Positions 19,481 through 29,069 of a DNA stretch of 64,000 bases are shown piece by piece (the stretch's first letter is position 1; each line of letters opens with the position of its first letter). This stretch comes from Candidatus Diapherotrites archaeon CG08_land_8_20_14_0_20_30_16. Its GTDB lineage: Archaea > Iainarchaeota > Iainarchaeia > Iainarchaeales > 0-14-0-20-30-16. The DNA lies in NCBI GenBank assembly GCA_002779075.1, contig PEXK01000050.1:38933-102932 (forward strand), given 5' to 3'. The notes below the pieces were generated by a model. It saw nothing but the letters and a program-made list of their open reading frames with translations. It was not told where the DNA came from and ran no database searches. The position numbers were made by a program, and so were the translations under genes.

Positions 19481-20677
19481 TTACAATCCAAACTTATAAT
19501 ACAATACAAGCCCAGCAACTAAAATTATTGCAACAATCACAAAAAGGTAATTGTAATTTGATACACTGTGCCCAAAATAAATAGTTTGCGAATCGTATTG
19601 CTTCTCTGTTTTGTCTTTGTCATTTGCAAATAAAGAAACATCAAAGGTAACAATCAGCTCTTTGTCTGACATTACTTTATATGAAAGAGTTTTAGTCTCG
19701 AAAGGTTTTAAAGTTAATTCGTATCTTTCATCTTGATTAAATTTACTTAACCCATCTATCATTAAAACAGCTTGCTTGTTTTTATCACTATCATTCAATA
19801 TTGTTAAACTTAGATTCCCTTGCTGATTTATGTCCATATATTTATTGGGAATATTTAAAGTAACAAAGATCTCATCTAAATACACCCGGGCATTAGATAT
19901 TAATGCATTTGAAAATTCATTAAAAACATAGCCGTTTACAGAATAGCTTACTATTGCAGGAGATACAGTAAAAGACTTGCCTGTTAAAGGAACAACATTA
20001 TACTCCAAAGAGATAGATTCATTTGGGCTTAATTTCTTTGTCAATGAAGGGGTTCCATTTTTTAACTTAAACCATTTAGTAAATATTTCATTATCATAAA
20101 ATAAAAATACTTCTGCTTGGCCATAACCTGCATTCTTAAGTGTAACTTGTATTGGTATTTTTTCATTTATTTTATAATTTTCACTTAAAAAAGACTTGCT
20201 AAAACTATCTTCTCCAAAATAGGGGATTTTATATGTGCCAATTTCCGAATCGCTATAAAGTTCAATTTTATCTTTTGCACTTCCACACAAATACAAATCT
20301 ATTTTTCCTTTTTTAACAGACTCCAAAGGAATAAACAAATAATTATCTTGGCTATCGGAAACATAATGCCTATGATTTATATTGAAACCAAAAAGATTTC
20401 TGTTGTAAACTATGCCCAAATCTGATTGTACAAAAACGAAATCATCACTATTTTCAGTTTCTTTCAAATGCAAAAGGAGACCTAAAATTCCAGGGGTATT
20501 CTTTAAGGTGTCTTTCTCTAATGCAGATAGATTTAAAGAAAAACAAGAATCTGAACCCACAAGTTTCAGAGGAGTATTCAGGTCTGAAAACTTATATGCT
20601 TTTCCTGGAAAGGACAAAGCAAAACTAAAACACAACAAAAAAATAGTACAAACAACAAAAATAAGACACTTATTCAT
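19481..20677 (-). CDS. Secreted/surface protein with signal peptide and C-terminal TM anchor
   Basis: The N-terminal signal is MNKCLIFVVCTIFLLCFSFALS. The C-terminal helix is LFVIVAIILVAGLVLYY. It is co-oriented with the S8 protease. Confidence 0.5.
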   Translation of the reverse strand: MNKCLIFVVCTIFLLCFSFALSFPGKAYKFSDLNTPLKLVGSDSCFSLNLSALEKDTLKNTPGILGLLLHLKETENSDDFVFVQSDLGIVYNRNLFGFNINHRHYVSDSQDNYLFIPLESVKKGKIDLYLCGSAKDKIELYSDSEIGTYKIPYFGEDSFSKSFLSENYKINEKIPIQVTLKNAGYGQAEVFLFYDNEIFTKWFKLKNGTPSLTKKLSPNESISLEYNVVPLTGKSFTVSPAIVSYSVNGYVFNEFSNALISNARVYLDEIFVTLNIPNKYMDINQQGNLSLTILNDSDKNKQAVLMIDGLSKFNQDERYELTLKPFETKTLSYKVMSDKELIVTFDVSLFANDKDKTEKQYDSQTIYFGHSVSNYNYLFVIVAIILVAGLVLYYKFGL

Positions 20678-20757
20678 TACAATCCCCTCTTTAGTCCCAA
20701 TCTACTACTTATATATATTGCCTAAACTATTTAAATATATCCTAGTAACATACAGAA

Positions 20758-21342
20758 TTAGGGTATCTTGTGTGTATTCTTTATCCTTATTTTCTCTTTA
20801 TTCCATTTGAAAAGAATCCATTTAAGCTTCTTCATATCCCTTTGTTTGTTTCCGTAAAGACTAACCTCACAAACGAGAGGCACAAATTTTTTTTGACCTA
20901 AACTGGCCAAAATTGTGTAGTACAATTGGTTTGTTTCTTGGACAAAAAGATTGTCTAAAATCTTCGCATCAGGATATTTTCTTTTCTTCATTCTTTGCTT
21001 CAATTTTTGCTCAGACAAATGTAAAATAAATATATAATCCAATTGGAACTTGAATCTGTGTAGGCAATAAGGAAAAATCAATCCTTCTAAAATAAAATCT
21101 TGTTTGTGTGCAAGCTTTTTGTTTGTTTGTTTTGCAAATCTGCATAGATCTACATCTTTTAATTTTAGGCCATATTCTTTTACTATTTTATAATTTGTTT
21201 TTGTTAAAAAATCTTTATCACTATATACTTTATAATTCAATTTTTTTGCTAAAGAAATTGACAGCGTAGATTTGCCAGTACAGGGTATTCCAGTAATAAG
21301 AATTTTCATATTATTATCACTACAATTTAATATAACAAACAT
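20758..21342 (-). CDS. P-loop nucleotide kinase (adenylate-kinase/Fap7-like)
   Basis: The Walker A motif is KILITGIPCTGKSTLS. The ORF is 194 aa. Confidence 0.45.
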   Translation of the reverse strand: MFVILNCSDNNMKILITGIPCTGKSTLSISLAKKLNYKVYSDKDFLTKTNYKIVKEYGLKLKDVDLCRFAKQTNKKLAHKQDFILEGLIFPYCLHRFKFQLDYIFILHLSEQKLKQRMKKRKYPDAKILDNLFVQETNQLYYTILASLGQKKFVPLVCEVSLYGNKQRDMKKLKWILFKWNKEKIRIKNTHKIP

Positions 21343-21528
21343 TTATCATTCTGCAAACTATTCACATTCTTCAAGTTTTTTAATTATTATCTGAAGGTTG
21401 TTTATCTTTTTTCATCATAATTCCCTTTTTTATTTGTACAGTTCATAATCTCTAACTATATATATAATATTGATTGATAAAGATTACTGTCATACTTGTG
21501 AAAATATCTATACCATTAAATAATCCTA

Positions 21529-22461
21529 TTATTTAAAATGACATAAAAGAGTTCTTTCATTACCAGTATTTGCAAATAACCAGAACACCTTTAAATATTT
21601 TGAATATGGTTCAAGTATTTTTTTTATTTTTTCTGTCCTTTGATCAATATACTTCTTATTATCTCTATTAAATTTCAAAGTAAAAATCATTTGTGTTCCT
21701 TTAATATTTAGTTTTAATATACTTTTGAGAACTTCTTCTGGGTCTCTATTAATATCACAAATTATAATATTTGGTTTATATTTATTTAACACCTCAATCA
21801 CATCTTCTAGTTTTTGTTTAAGATGAATTATATTTTGACCCGACACTAAAACTTCTGCAGGATCTACAGCGACAACTTTTTTTGCAATTGGTTTTAAGTA
21901 CTCGCACCACCCGCCAGGTGCTGCTCCTAAATCAAAAACTAACTTGCCTTTAAAATCTATTTTTGTTTGAATAATAATTTCTTTTATTTTATAATAGGCT
22001 CGAGATGTGTGTTTTTGTTCTTCTGGTTTTCTATAAATCACATTCTTTAATATACTATAATGATATTCTTTATCCAATTGTACAATATTTAAAATATAAT
22101 CAAATTTTGTGGGACTTAAAGCAAACCCCTTTTCATCCAACAAAGATAAAAATGATGTTTGAAAAGTATTTGGATAGGCGACAAGTCTGATAGTTTTTTC
22201 TTTTATCATTAACAGTATCTCAGAACTATCTTTTGTACTGTTGGTTATTGGGAAAACACGTTCGATATATCTTAGAGGTATAGGATTTGTTTTTACAATT
22301 TCATCAAACTGTTTCAAATCACAATTAACTTTAATTAAGTCCTTTGTGACTATATTTACTTCTAAGCCCAATACTTGAAAGAAGAGAATAAATCTATCAT
22401 GTAAATCTTTGCTAATATTTAAATATAAAAGATTGGGTTCCATAATATTATCCTTAAACAA
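21529..22461 (-). CDS. FtsJ/RrmJ-family ribose 2'-O-methyltransferase with N-terminal extra domain
   Basis: The SAM motif DLGAAPGGW is typical of RlmE/FtsJ. ICDINRDP fits the downstream motif. The ORF starts with TTG; an internal ATG lies at 22443. Confidence 0.7.
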   Translation of the reverse strand: MFKDNIMEPNLLYLNISKDLHDRFILFFQVLGLEVNIVTKDLIKVNCDLKQFDEIVKTNPIPLRYIERVFPITNSTKDSSEILLMIKEKTIRLVAYPNTFQTSFLSLLDEKGFALSPTKFDYILNIVQLDKEYHYSILKNVIYRKPEEQKHTSRAYYKIKEIIIQTKIDFKGKLVFDLGAAPGGWCEYLKPIAKKVVAVDPAEVLVSGQNIIHLKQKLEDVIEVLNKYKPNIIICDINRDPEEVLKSILKLNIKGTQMIFTLKFNRDNKKYIDQRTEKIKKILEPYSKYLKVFWLFANTGNERTLLCHFK

Positions 22462-22571
22462 ATTATTTTCAATGTGATATTATTGTTGCAAACAATAAAT
22501 GTATTGTATGGTTAAATTTGAAACTTTGGTTTTTTTGCAGGTCTAACAAATCTCTTTCCACACATTAAGCA

Positions 22572-24083
22572 TCACATATACAATTCCAGATCTTTATCTT
22601 GCTGATTCTTTTTTTCTGAGAAGTTTTTAGACATTTGATGCAGATCTAAATCATATTTGTTTGGTTGAGATTTTCTCTCTCTCACTTTAAAAAAAACAGG
22701 AAACTTAACGCTTGAACCAACAAGCAAAGCTTCACCAACATCCAATCCAGTAATAAGTTTTACACTGTTACTGTCAAGACCTTCTGATGATTCAGAAATG
22801 TGTTGCAAATCATTTGGATTTATTACTCTCAACAAAAGATGAGTATTACATTGACTCAAAACAGTTGTTGACAAATTAATTGGTCTTTGAGAAACCAAAC
22901 ACAAACATGCACCAAACTTTCTTCCTTCTCTTGCAATTGTTTCAAATATGTGCCTGGATTTCATATATTCTTCAGAACCAGACTGAGGAATAAACTGATG
23001 TGCTTCTTCAAGAATTATTAAAAGGGGACTGATTTTATCTTCTCTACGCAATTCAAAAAGTTTGTTTGAAATGTATGCTACAATAAGTTGCTTGCGTTGC
23101 ATATTCAAAACATTTGATAAATCAATAATTGTTAATTTTCCTTGTTCAACAATTTTAAATATATCAAAAGTGCTTGTTTTTGCAAAAATATTTTGTGATT
23201 CTGCTAAATTCAACCAACCAAGCAAAGGCTCTTTAACATTTGCTTTCAATTGGGATTCTTCAACATATTGCATTAAATCCTTTAAATCAAAAACTCTTTT
23301 TTCATCTGTTTCTCTAAACCCTCTCAATATCTGAAGCAATTCTCTTTGCTGTGTTTCGCTTATATTTCCTAGGAATTTGAAGAGAAGAGAATCATTGAGA
23401 CTGTGAAGAGCAAATTTCATTTGAGATGCATCAAAATATCTAGTTTTATTATGATAACTTACATATTCATTGGTTGCTGGTTCTGCAAAACTTTTATATT
23501 CGCCATGAACATCAAACAAAACAATTCCCAAACCTTTTTCTTTGGGTAGATCTAAAAGTTCTTCCAGTAAAATTGATACTGCATACGTTTTTCCTGCACC
23601 ACTCATAGCCAATATAGCTAAATGCTTTTGTAAAAGCTTTGACAAATCTATTTTTACTTTAACTTTCTTTGTGTTTTCAGCTTCTATATCTCCTAAATAC
23701 AAACCCTCTTCTGTGAAGCCTAAAAAGGTTACAATCTCCTCTGAATTAGCAAAATGTACCAAAGCACCAGAAAATGGAGGGTTTTGCACTCTTGTTCCTC
23801 TTTTATCTTTTATAGTTCCTAAAAGCTCAACTTCGACCAAAGTTTTGTGCCATTCTTCTGTTGGAAACTTCCCTTTAAGGGTATCAAAATCAGTGTGGAG
23901 CTGCTCAAAAAACGGGTTAACCCTAAAGATACCTGTAATCAAACCAAAAATAGGTTCTAAATGATCAATAGAAACAAACTGGCCAGCTTTTATTATTACA
24001 TCATCATTTAATTGAAAATATGCTTTATCTATGCTTGGTGTCCCTTGATAGCTCAAAATTGTGCCTATTGCGTCTTTAACCAT
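22572..24083 (-). CDS. herA: HerA-family (FtsK-like) ATPase/helicase
   Basis: Walker A is HLAILAMSGAGKTYAVSILL. The Walker B/DEAH-like motif is LLIILEEAHQFIP. The C-terminus CLVSQRPINLSTTVLSQCNTHLLLRV is typical of HerA. Confidence 0.75.
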   Translation of the reverse strand: MVKDAIGTILSYQGTPSIDKAYFQLNDDVIIKAGQFVSIDHLEPIFGLITGIFRVNPFFEQLHTDFDTLKGKFPTEEWHKTLVEVELLGTIKDKRGTRVQNPPFSGALVHFANSEEIVTFLGFTEEGLYLGDIEAENTKKVKVKIDLSKLLQKHLAILAMSGAGKTYAVSILLEELLDLPKEKGLGIVLFDVHGEYKSFAEPATNEYVSYHNKTRYFDASQMKFALHSLNDSLLFKFLGNISETQQRELLQILRGFRETDEKRVFDLKDLMQYVEESQLKANVKEPLLGWLNLAESQNIFAKTSTFDIFKIVEQGKLTIIDLSNVLNMQRKQLIVAYISNKLFELRREDKISPLLIILEEAHQFIPQSGSEEYMKSRHIFETIAREGRKFGACLCLVSQRPINLSTTVLSQCNTHLLLRVINPNDLQHISESSEGLDSNSVKLITGLDVGEALLVGSSVKFPVFFKVRERKSQPNKYDLDLHQMSKNFSEKKNQQDKDLELYM

Positions 24084-24111
24084 AATATCACTATGTACAA
24101 AACAATTTAAA

Positions 24112-25407
24112 TTAACATAATAAATGATAATGCTCTACTGCCATTATTTTTTGTAGTACCCATTCTCCTAATCTTTGCTTTTTCTGTGAAGACTTACAAA
24201 TAACTGAAATATAATTTCTTGTTCTCCCCAAATAATTCCCTTTTCCATCAATATCATTAAAATAAACTTCTACTTTCTTGGCAACATATGTTTTTAATAC
24301 TCTTTTTGATTCTTGCCTTGCTATTGTACTTAATATTGCTGATCTTTCTTTTTTTATTTCTGTTGGCAATTGTTTTAATTTTTGTGCTTCTGTAAAAGAC
24401 ATTGGCCAAAATTGCGAAACATTATTTATCAAAATATCATATCTCTTTGAAAACACCTTTGTTTTGTTGAAGTCCTTTTTTGTTTCATTAGGAAAACCAA
24501 CAATAGTATCTGTTGCAATAGTTAATTCGTTATAGGAAAAATTATTTCTTAAATCTGTAAAGATCTTATTGACAACTTTTTCAGTATATGATCTTTTCAT
24601 CAATTTTAAAACCTTGTTCGATGCACTTTGAATTGGAATGTGTAAAAATCTATAAAACGCTTTTGTTTTTTTAAAGAAATCACACAATTGCAAAAGATAC
24701 TTTTGCAAGAGCCAAGGATTAGACATTCCAAATCTAAACATTGCCTTGCCTTTAAATCTAGTTTCAATTGCATTTAGCAAATCCATATAGTTTAAGGCGA
24801 GATCTTTACCATAAGCTGCGTTATCTTCAGAACTCAGCCAAATTTCTTTTGCTCCACTTTTTATGTAATAATCTATTCTGTTTATAATGTTTGACAAGGG
24901 GTAACTATAGAACAAAGGTTTTGCATACCTTGTTTTGCAAAAAGTACATTTGCCCAAACAACCAATTAATGGCTGTACAATAGCAATAGTTTTAAAATCG
25001 CACAAAAGATTTGTTTTATCCAAGAATTTTGGTTCTAACAAATGCACTGGCTTATTTGTTTTCAAAATTTTATCACAAACACTAACTATTGAATCAATAT
25101 TGTATGAATTAACCATGGAAAACTTGTAAAAGTTTTTAGTGAAGATTTTGTCGCAGGGCAAACAACCGAGAATAATTATTTTGTTCTTTTTGAGGGCCAA
25201 TTTTAGAATGTAATCTTTTATTTTACTTACAGTTGGCCCCTTTACTGTACAGGTATTAACAAGAACAAAATTTGCATTTTTCAAATCAGTTTCCTTGTAA
25301 CCAGAACAAATCAATAATTTCTTTACAAAACCAGAATCTGCAATATTTGAAGCACAACCATAGGTTTTAATAAAAAAGGTTTTTGGGGTTCTCATAAACA
25401 AGACCAT
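24112..25407 (-). CDS. tRNA methylthiotransferase (MiaB/MtaB family radical SAM)
   Basis: The N-terminal UPF0004 domain reads IKTYGCASNIADSGFV...VLVNTCTV. The radical SAM cluster is GCLGKCTFC. A C-terminal TRAM-like domain is present. Confidence 0.75.
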   Translation of the reverse strand: MVLFMRTPKTFFIKTYGCASNIADSGFVKKLLICSGYKETDLKNANFVLVNTCTVKGPTVSKIKDYILKLALKKNKIIILGCLPCDKIFTKNFYKFSMVNSYNIDSIVSVCDKILKTNKPVHLLEPKFLDKTNLLCDFKTIAIVQPLIGCLGKCTFCKTRYAKPLFYSYPLSNIINRIDYYIKSGAKEIWLSSEDNAAYGKDLALNYMDLLNAIETRFKGKAMFRFGMSNPWLLQKYLLQLCDFFKKTKAFYRFLHIPIQSASNKVLKLMKRSYTEKVVNKIFTDLRNNFSYNELTIATDTIVGFPNETKKDFNKTKVFSKRYDILINNVSQFWPMSFTEAQKLKQLPTEIKKERSAILSTIARQESKRVLKTYVAKKVEVYFNDIDGKGNYLGRTRNYISVICKSSQKKQRLGEWVLQKIMAVEHYHLLC

Positions 25408-26579
25408 TAAATATTTTTTTTCATTCTTTTAGATAATTTCTTGACAAATCTTTTTGCGGGTTTTTTTATAGTTTTATACATGTGTTTTAATCTTCTATTA
25501 TGTTTTGTTACAATTCTTATAGACTTAATCATCTTTGACAAAGATTGTATAAAATAAGTGTGCAAAGTCCAGACCTTTGTTTTTGTAGACACTAAGTAAA
25601 CACCAGTAAACGCAACCCAAATCCAAATATTAAAAATTCTCTCCAAAATTGCAACAGTTAGCGCAACTTCTTTATTTATATTCGCTGTTTCTGCCAGATA
25701 TACAAATGAGAATTCAAAGGCCCCTATTCCTCCTGGCAAAGAAGACGAACTTCCAACAAAATTAGCAATACCCCAAATTCCAAAAGCAATCCAAAAATTT
25801 ACATCAAGACCAAAAAATAAAAACAAAAGATAAACCTTTAGTGCGCCAATAAAATATTTTACTAAAGATAGAAAAAAACCTAAAATAATAGCTGATTTAT
25901 TTAATTTCAAAAACTCAATTAAAGAATCTTTTATTTTTGCTTTCATATTAGAAAAATAATCAACAGCTTTTCTCAAAACAGAGCTTTTAATCAAATATGT
26001 TCTAGTTTCATAAAATGAAAACCCAAAATAAACTATTCCAACAATACCTATTAAAACTAAAACTATTTCTAAACCAACATCTGCTCTCGGAAAAACAAAT
26101 AATGCAGCAATGGCAAAAAGCAAAGTGAAAAACGCTTCATAAAAGGAGTCTATAACAACCAAAAAAGCAGTATTTTTAAGTTTGGTTCTGAAAAAATGCA
26201 TAGATAATAGAAATCTATAATACATTCCCAAAGGTTTTGGGGGGATTGTATTCGCAACAGTAGTTACAGAAACATAATCAAATATCATAGAACATTTACC
26301 AGTTCGCATCAATAATTTATATCTTATCCAACACAAAACATGTTCTATTATCGACAACAAAAGTAATAACAGCAAGGCCCATACATTTAACTGTTTCAAA
26401 GATTTGAAAAATAGTTTCAGATCTAAATTAATTACTAAAATAATAATTAGAACAATAGTTAAAACTACAAAAAGCATTGTCCGCCAATATGAAAAAAGAG
26501 GACTATTTCTTAAAAATAATGCGATCTTTTGAAATGCAGGGTTATCTTTTATTTTCTTTTTAAATTCCATTTTGATCAA
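25407..26579 (-). CDS. Polytopic membrane protein (flippase-like / LPG synthase TM domain, UPF0104-like)
   Basis: There are about eight hydrophobic helices and a basic C-terminal tail. Confidence 0.4.
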   Translation of the reverse strand: MIKMEFKKKIKDNPAFQKIALFLRNSPLFSYWRTMLFVVLTIVLIIILVINLDLKLFFKSLKQLNVWALLLLLLLSIIEHVLCWIRYKLLMRTGKCSMIFDYVSVTTVANTIPPKPLGMYYRFLLSMHFFRTKLKNTAFLVVIDSFYEAFFTLLFAIAALFVFPRADVGLEIVLVLIGIVGIVYFGFSFYETRTYLIKSSVLRKAVDYFSNMKAKIKDSLIEFLKLNKSAIILGFFLSLVKYFIGALKVYLLFLFFGLDVNFWIAFGIWGIANFVGSSSSLPGGIGAFEFSFVYLAETANINKEVALTVAILERIFNIWIWVAFTGVYLVSTKTKVWTLHTYFIQSLSKMIKSIRIVTKHNRRLKHMYKTIKKPAKRFVKKLSKRMKKNI

Positions 26580-27616
26580 CCGAAAAGCAGTTTTATTTTA
26601 TATGGGGATATGATTGAAAGACTATCAAAAGCAGTACCAAAATCTAATGCAAAATTTTTAAAACTCATTTTGTGAATCATTTCGTTCTTTTTTTCTTTAG
26701 ACAAAGACCAAAATAGTTTTCCTTGTTTTTCATATTTATGTAATTCTTCATCAAAATTCTTTGTTAAAAAAACATAGCTTACATTCTTCTTTGTCATTAG
26801 TTCGTGGCAAAACTTTCCTGTGAGCTGTACAAATCTAAGCTTTAATGTTAAATTATAAAAATTTAGGTTATTTGCTGTTAATGCAGATGCCCCGCTCAAA
26901 TATACATTTTTGTTAAAGAGAATTCTGTCTTTCTTGAAAAAGGGAATTAAAAAACCTCTTTTATAAATAATTTTTAATTCGTTTTCAAACATAAAATCAG
27001 ATAAATCCTTTTCTGGATTTTCTGAAACAACACACAATTCTGCAACTCTATCTGAATAATTAACAACCCAAATATAGCCAGTTTCCAAAAATTTAAGTGT
27101 TAATTTTCCTTTTTCTGATTTTCTTTCAACAGTTGCCTTTATACATTTTTTTGTTAATGATTCAAAAACAGTTTTAGCCAAACTAATATCATCAATACCT
27201 ACAACATACTTTGATTTTATTAAGGTCCCATGCTCACCGTGTTGAATAAATATATTTTCATTATTTTTATCTATAAATGTTGCATTTTCATATATTTTAC
27301 AATCTTTACTAATGCTCTTGAAAAGATCGTTTTTATATGTTGACATATTTACTAATATTGTATTTGTTTGAGTTTCAAAAACATTGCCAAAAAGGTCTAT
27401 TACTTCCATCGATATAATTCGAGTCAGCAATCCTTTTTGAAAATCAAAGCCCAACTCTTTAAATTGTTCTGGGTTTACCAATTCACAATCAGATTTATAA
27501 TCAAATCTCTGTTTAGACAAAAATGTTATTGGCCAACCATGATCTTTTAAATAGCGTCCCAAAATCAGTGCGTCCAAATCATTGCCAATTATCAAAAAGC
27601 TCATATATTCACCCAA
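26576..27616 (-). CDS. Hypothetical protein (possible degenerate FAD/NAD-binding Rossmann N-terminus)
   Basis: The N-terminus FLIIGNDLDALILGRYL looks Rossmann-like. Nothing else is recognisable. Confidence 0.25.
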   Translation of the reverse strand: MGEYMSFLIIGNDLDALILGRYLKDHGWPITFLSKQRFDYKSDCELVNPEQFKELGFDFQKGLLTRIISMEVIDLFGNVFETQTNTILVNMSTYKNDLFKSISKDCKIYENATFIDKNNENIFIQHGEHGTLIKSKYVVGIDDISLAKTVFESLTKKCIKATVERKSEKGKLTLKFLETGYIWVVNYSDRVAELCVVSENPEKDLSDFMFENELKIIYKRGFLIPFFKKDRILFNKNVYLSGASALTANNLNFYNLTLKLRFVQLTGKFCHELMTKKNVSYVFLTKNFDEELHKYEKQGKLFWSLSKEKKNEMIHKMSFKNFALDFGTAFDSLSIISPYKIKLLFG

Positions 27617-27701
27617 CTGTACAAATATATAAAAAATGCTAATATTTATAAAGAGAAAGTGACAATATATTTTTAACTATTTATATATAAGGATCGATTA
27701 G

Positions 27702-28715
27702 ATGATCACAATAGATGCAAAACGGACTCATCCAGGGTTCATCCTCAGACTTGCCCTTTCTCTGGCAATTCTTGAAAAGAAACCCATAACTATTACTAAT
27801 ATACGGGTGGAAAATGAAAAACCAGGACTAACTTATGAAGACTTCATATACTGCAAAATATTTGAACAGATTGCAGGTACAGAAGTTAAAGGAATAGAAA
27901 AAGGATCAACAGAAATGGTTTTTGAGCCAAAGACTATCAGATCTGCACAGCAAATAAACTTTAAATTTCCAGCATTAGTTACTGTTATGCTCCCTAGTCT
28001 TTTGCTTCTTTATCATCAAACAACACAGAAAATAAGTCTATCTGGTCCAACAAACTATAATGACAAAATTAGCACAGATTATTTTCAAAACATTGTTGTC
28101 GAACTGTTACACAAAGTAGGAATATACGCAAAATTAGATATCACAAAAAGAGGATATGGTGATGATACTGGAAAAATAAGTCTTTATACAAAAGAGCCAA
28201 CCCATGTAAAATATTTGGAATTAAAAGAAAAAGGCGATTTGATGCATTCTTTTGTATTAATACATTCTTATGGTCACAGTGAAATAATAAATAATTATAT
28301 TATTGATGGAATAAAAAATGCATTAATTCAGAAAAATATTAATATTAATGAATACAAAAGTGAATTTGTGGAAAATAGAGAAAAACGCAAAGGATATGGC
28401 GCCGATGCAATATTAATATATGAAAATACAATATTAGGAACAAATGTTTGTTCTACAACGAAACAGCCAAGCCAGTTAGGAAAAGAATTAGGAGACAAAA
28501 TTGCAAGCACAATTTCAAGAGACACACCATTAGATACTCATGCAGGCAATATAATTATTCCTTTTCTCGCTTATCACAAACAAAAATGTACAATTGTTTA
28601 TCCTAAAAAGGATGAATATATGGACGATTGTCTTTATGTTTGTGAAACAATTTTAGGAACTAAATACAAAAAAGAAGAAAGAGAAAAAGACATTCTTTTA
28701 GAACTTAACCCATAA
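27702..28715 (+). CDS. rtcA: RNA 3'-terminal phosphate cyclase
   Basis: The N-terminus HPGFILRLALSLAILEKKPITITNIRVENEKPGL matches RtcA. The C-terminus RDTPLDTHAGNIIIPFLA carries the His site. The ORF is 337 aa. Confidence 0.75.
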   Translation: MITIDAKRTHPGFILRLALSLAILEKKPITITNIRVENEKPGLTYEDFIYCKIFEQIAGTEVKGIEKGSTEMVFEPKTIRSAQQINFKFPALVTVMLPSLLLLYHQTTQKISLSGPTNYNDKISTDYFQNIVVELLHKVGIYAKLDITKRGYGDDTGKISLYTKEPTHVKYLELKEKGDLMHSFVLIHSYGHSEIINNYIIDGIKNALIQKNININEYKSEFVENREKRKGYGADAILIYENTILGTNVCSTTKQPSQLGKELGDKIASTISRDTPLDTHAGNIIIPFLAYHKQKCTIVYPKKDEYMDDCLYVCETILGTKYKKEEREKDILLELNP

Positions 28716-28725
28716 CCAAGCTTTT

Positions 28726-28733
28726 TTTTCTTT
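28726..28733 (+). terminator. Oligo-T tract downstream of rtcA
   Basis: A T8 run sits directly after the rtcA stop. This is the archaeal terminator style. Confidence 0.35.
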
Positions 28734-28906
28734 TCAAAAAGAAAAAAATCTACGGTATATCAAAAAAAGAAAATACCGCATTGCTATAAGCGATTGCATA
28801 GCAAATATATGCGAAAGTATACTAAAAAAATATTGAAAATTATATTATTTTTGTTTGCAAAGCAATGTGTATTGCAGAATGCAATCCACTAGTTTTTGGC
28901 ATACCG

Positions 28907-29015
28907 CGTGTCAGAAAGGCTTTGACTTGTGTCAAAATGGCTGTGAGCTTTTGACATTTTGTATAAAATTCTTGACAGAGTCTTGAATTTTCTACACTCT
29001 GACATTTTGTAAGGA
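28907..29015. promoter_or_regulatory. Cluster of overlapping TTGACA/TGTCAA palindromes and direct repeats (TGACATTTTGTAWRRAATTC x2) upstream of tRNA-Met
   Basis: The palindromes are GTGTCAGAAAGGCTTTGAC, TTTGACTTGTGTCAAA and GTGTCAAAATGGCTGTGAGCTTTTGACATTTTGTATAAAATTC. A second CTGACATTTTGTAAGGAATTC copy is at 29000. The motif is shared with 7152-7188. Confidence 0.4.
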
Positions 29016-29069
29016 ATTCCTGCTAGTGCTTGGAATTTCATACACTGCCTTTTTTCTAAAACGGCTTGT

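Noticed and set aside
28716-29069. RNase P RNA or SRP RNA in the long rtcA-tRNA intergenic region
   Set aside because: None of the conserved motifs are visible (no GGAAAGUCC-like P4 region, no SRP helix-8 GNAR/AGCAGG signature). It is treated as a regulatory or ncRNA candidate only.
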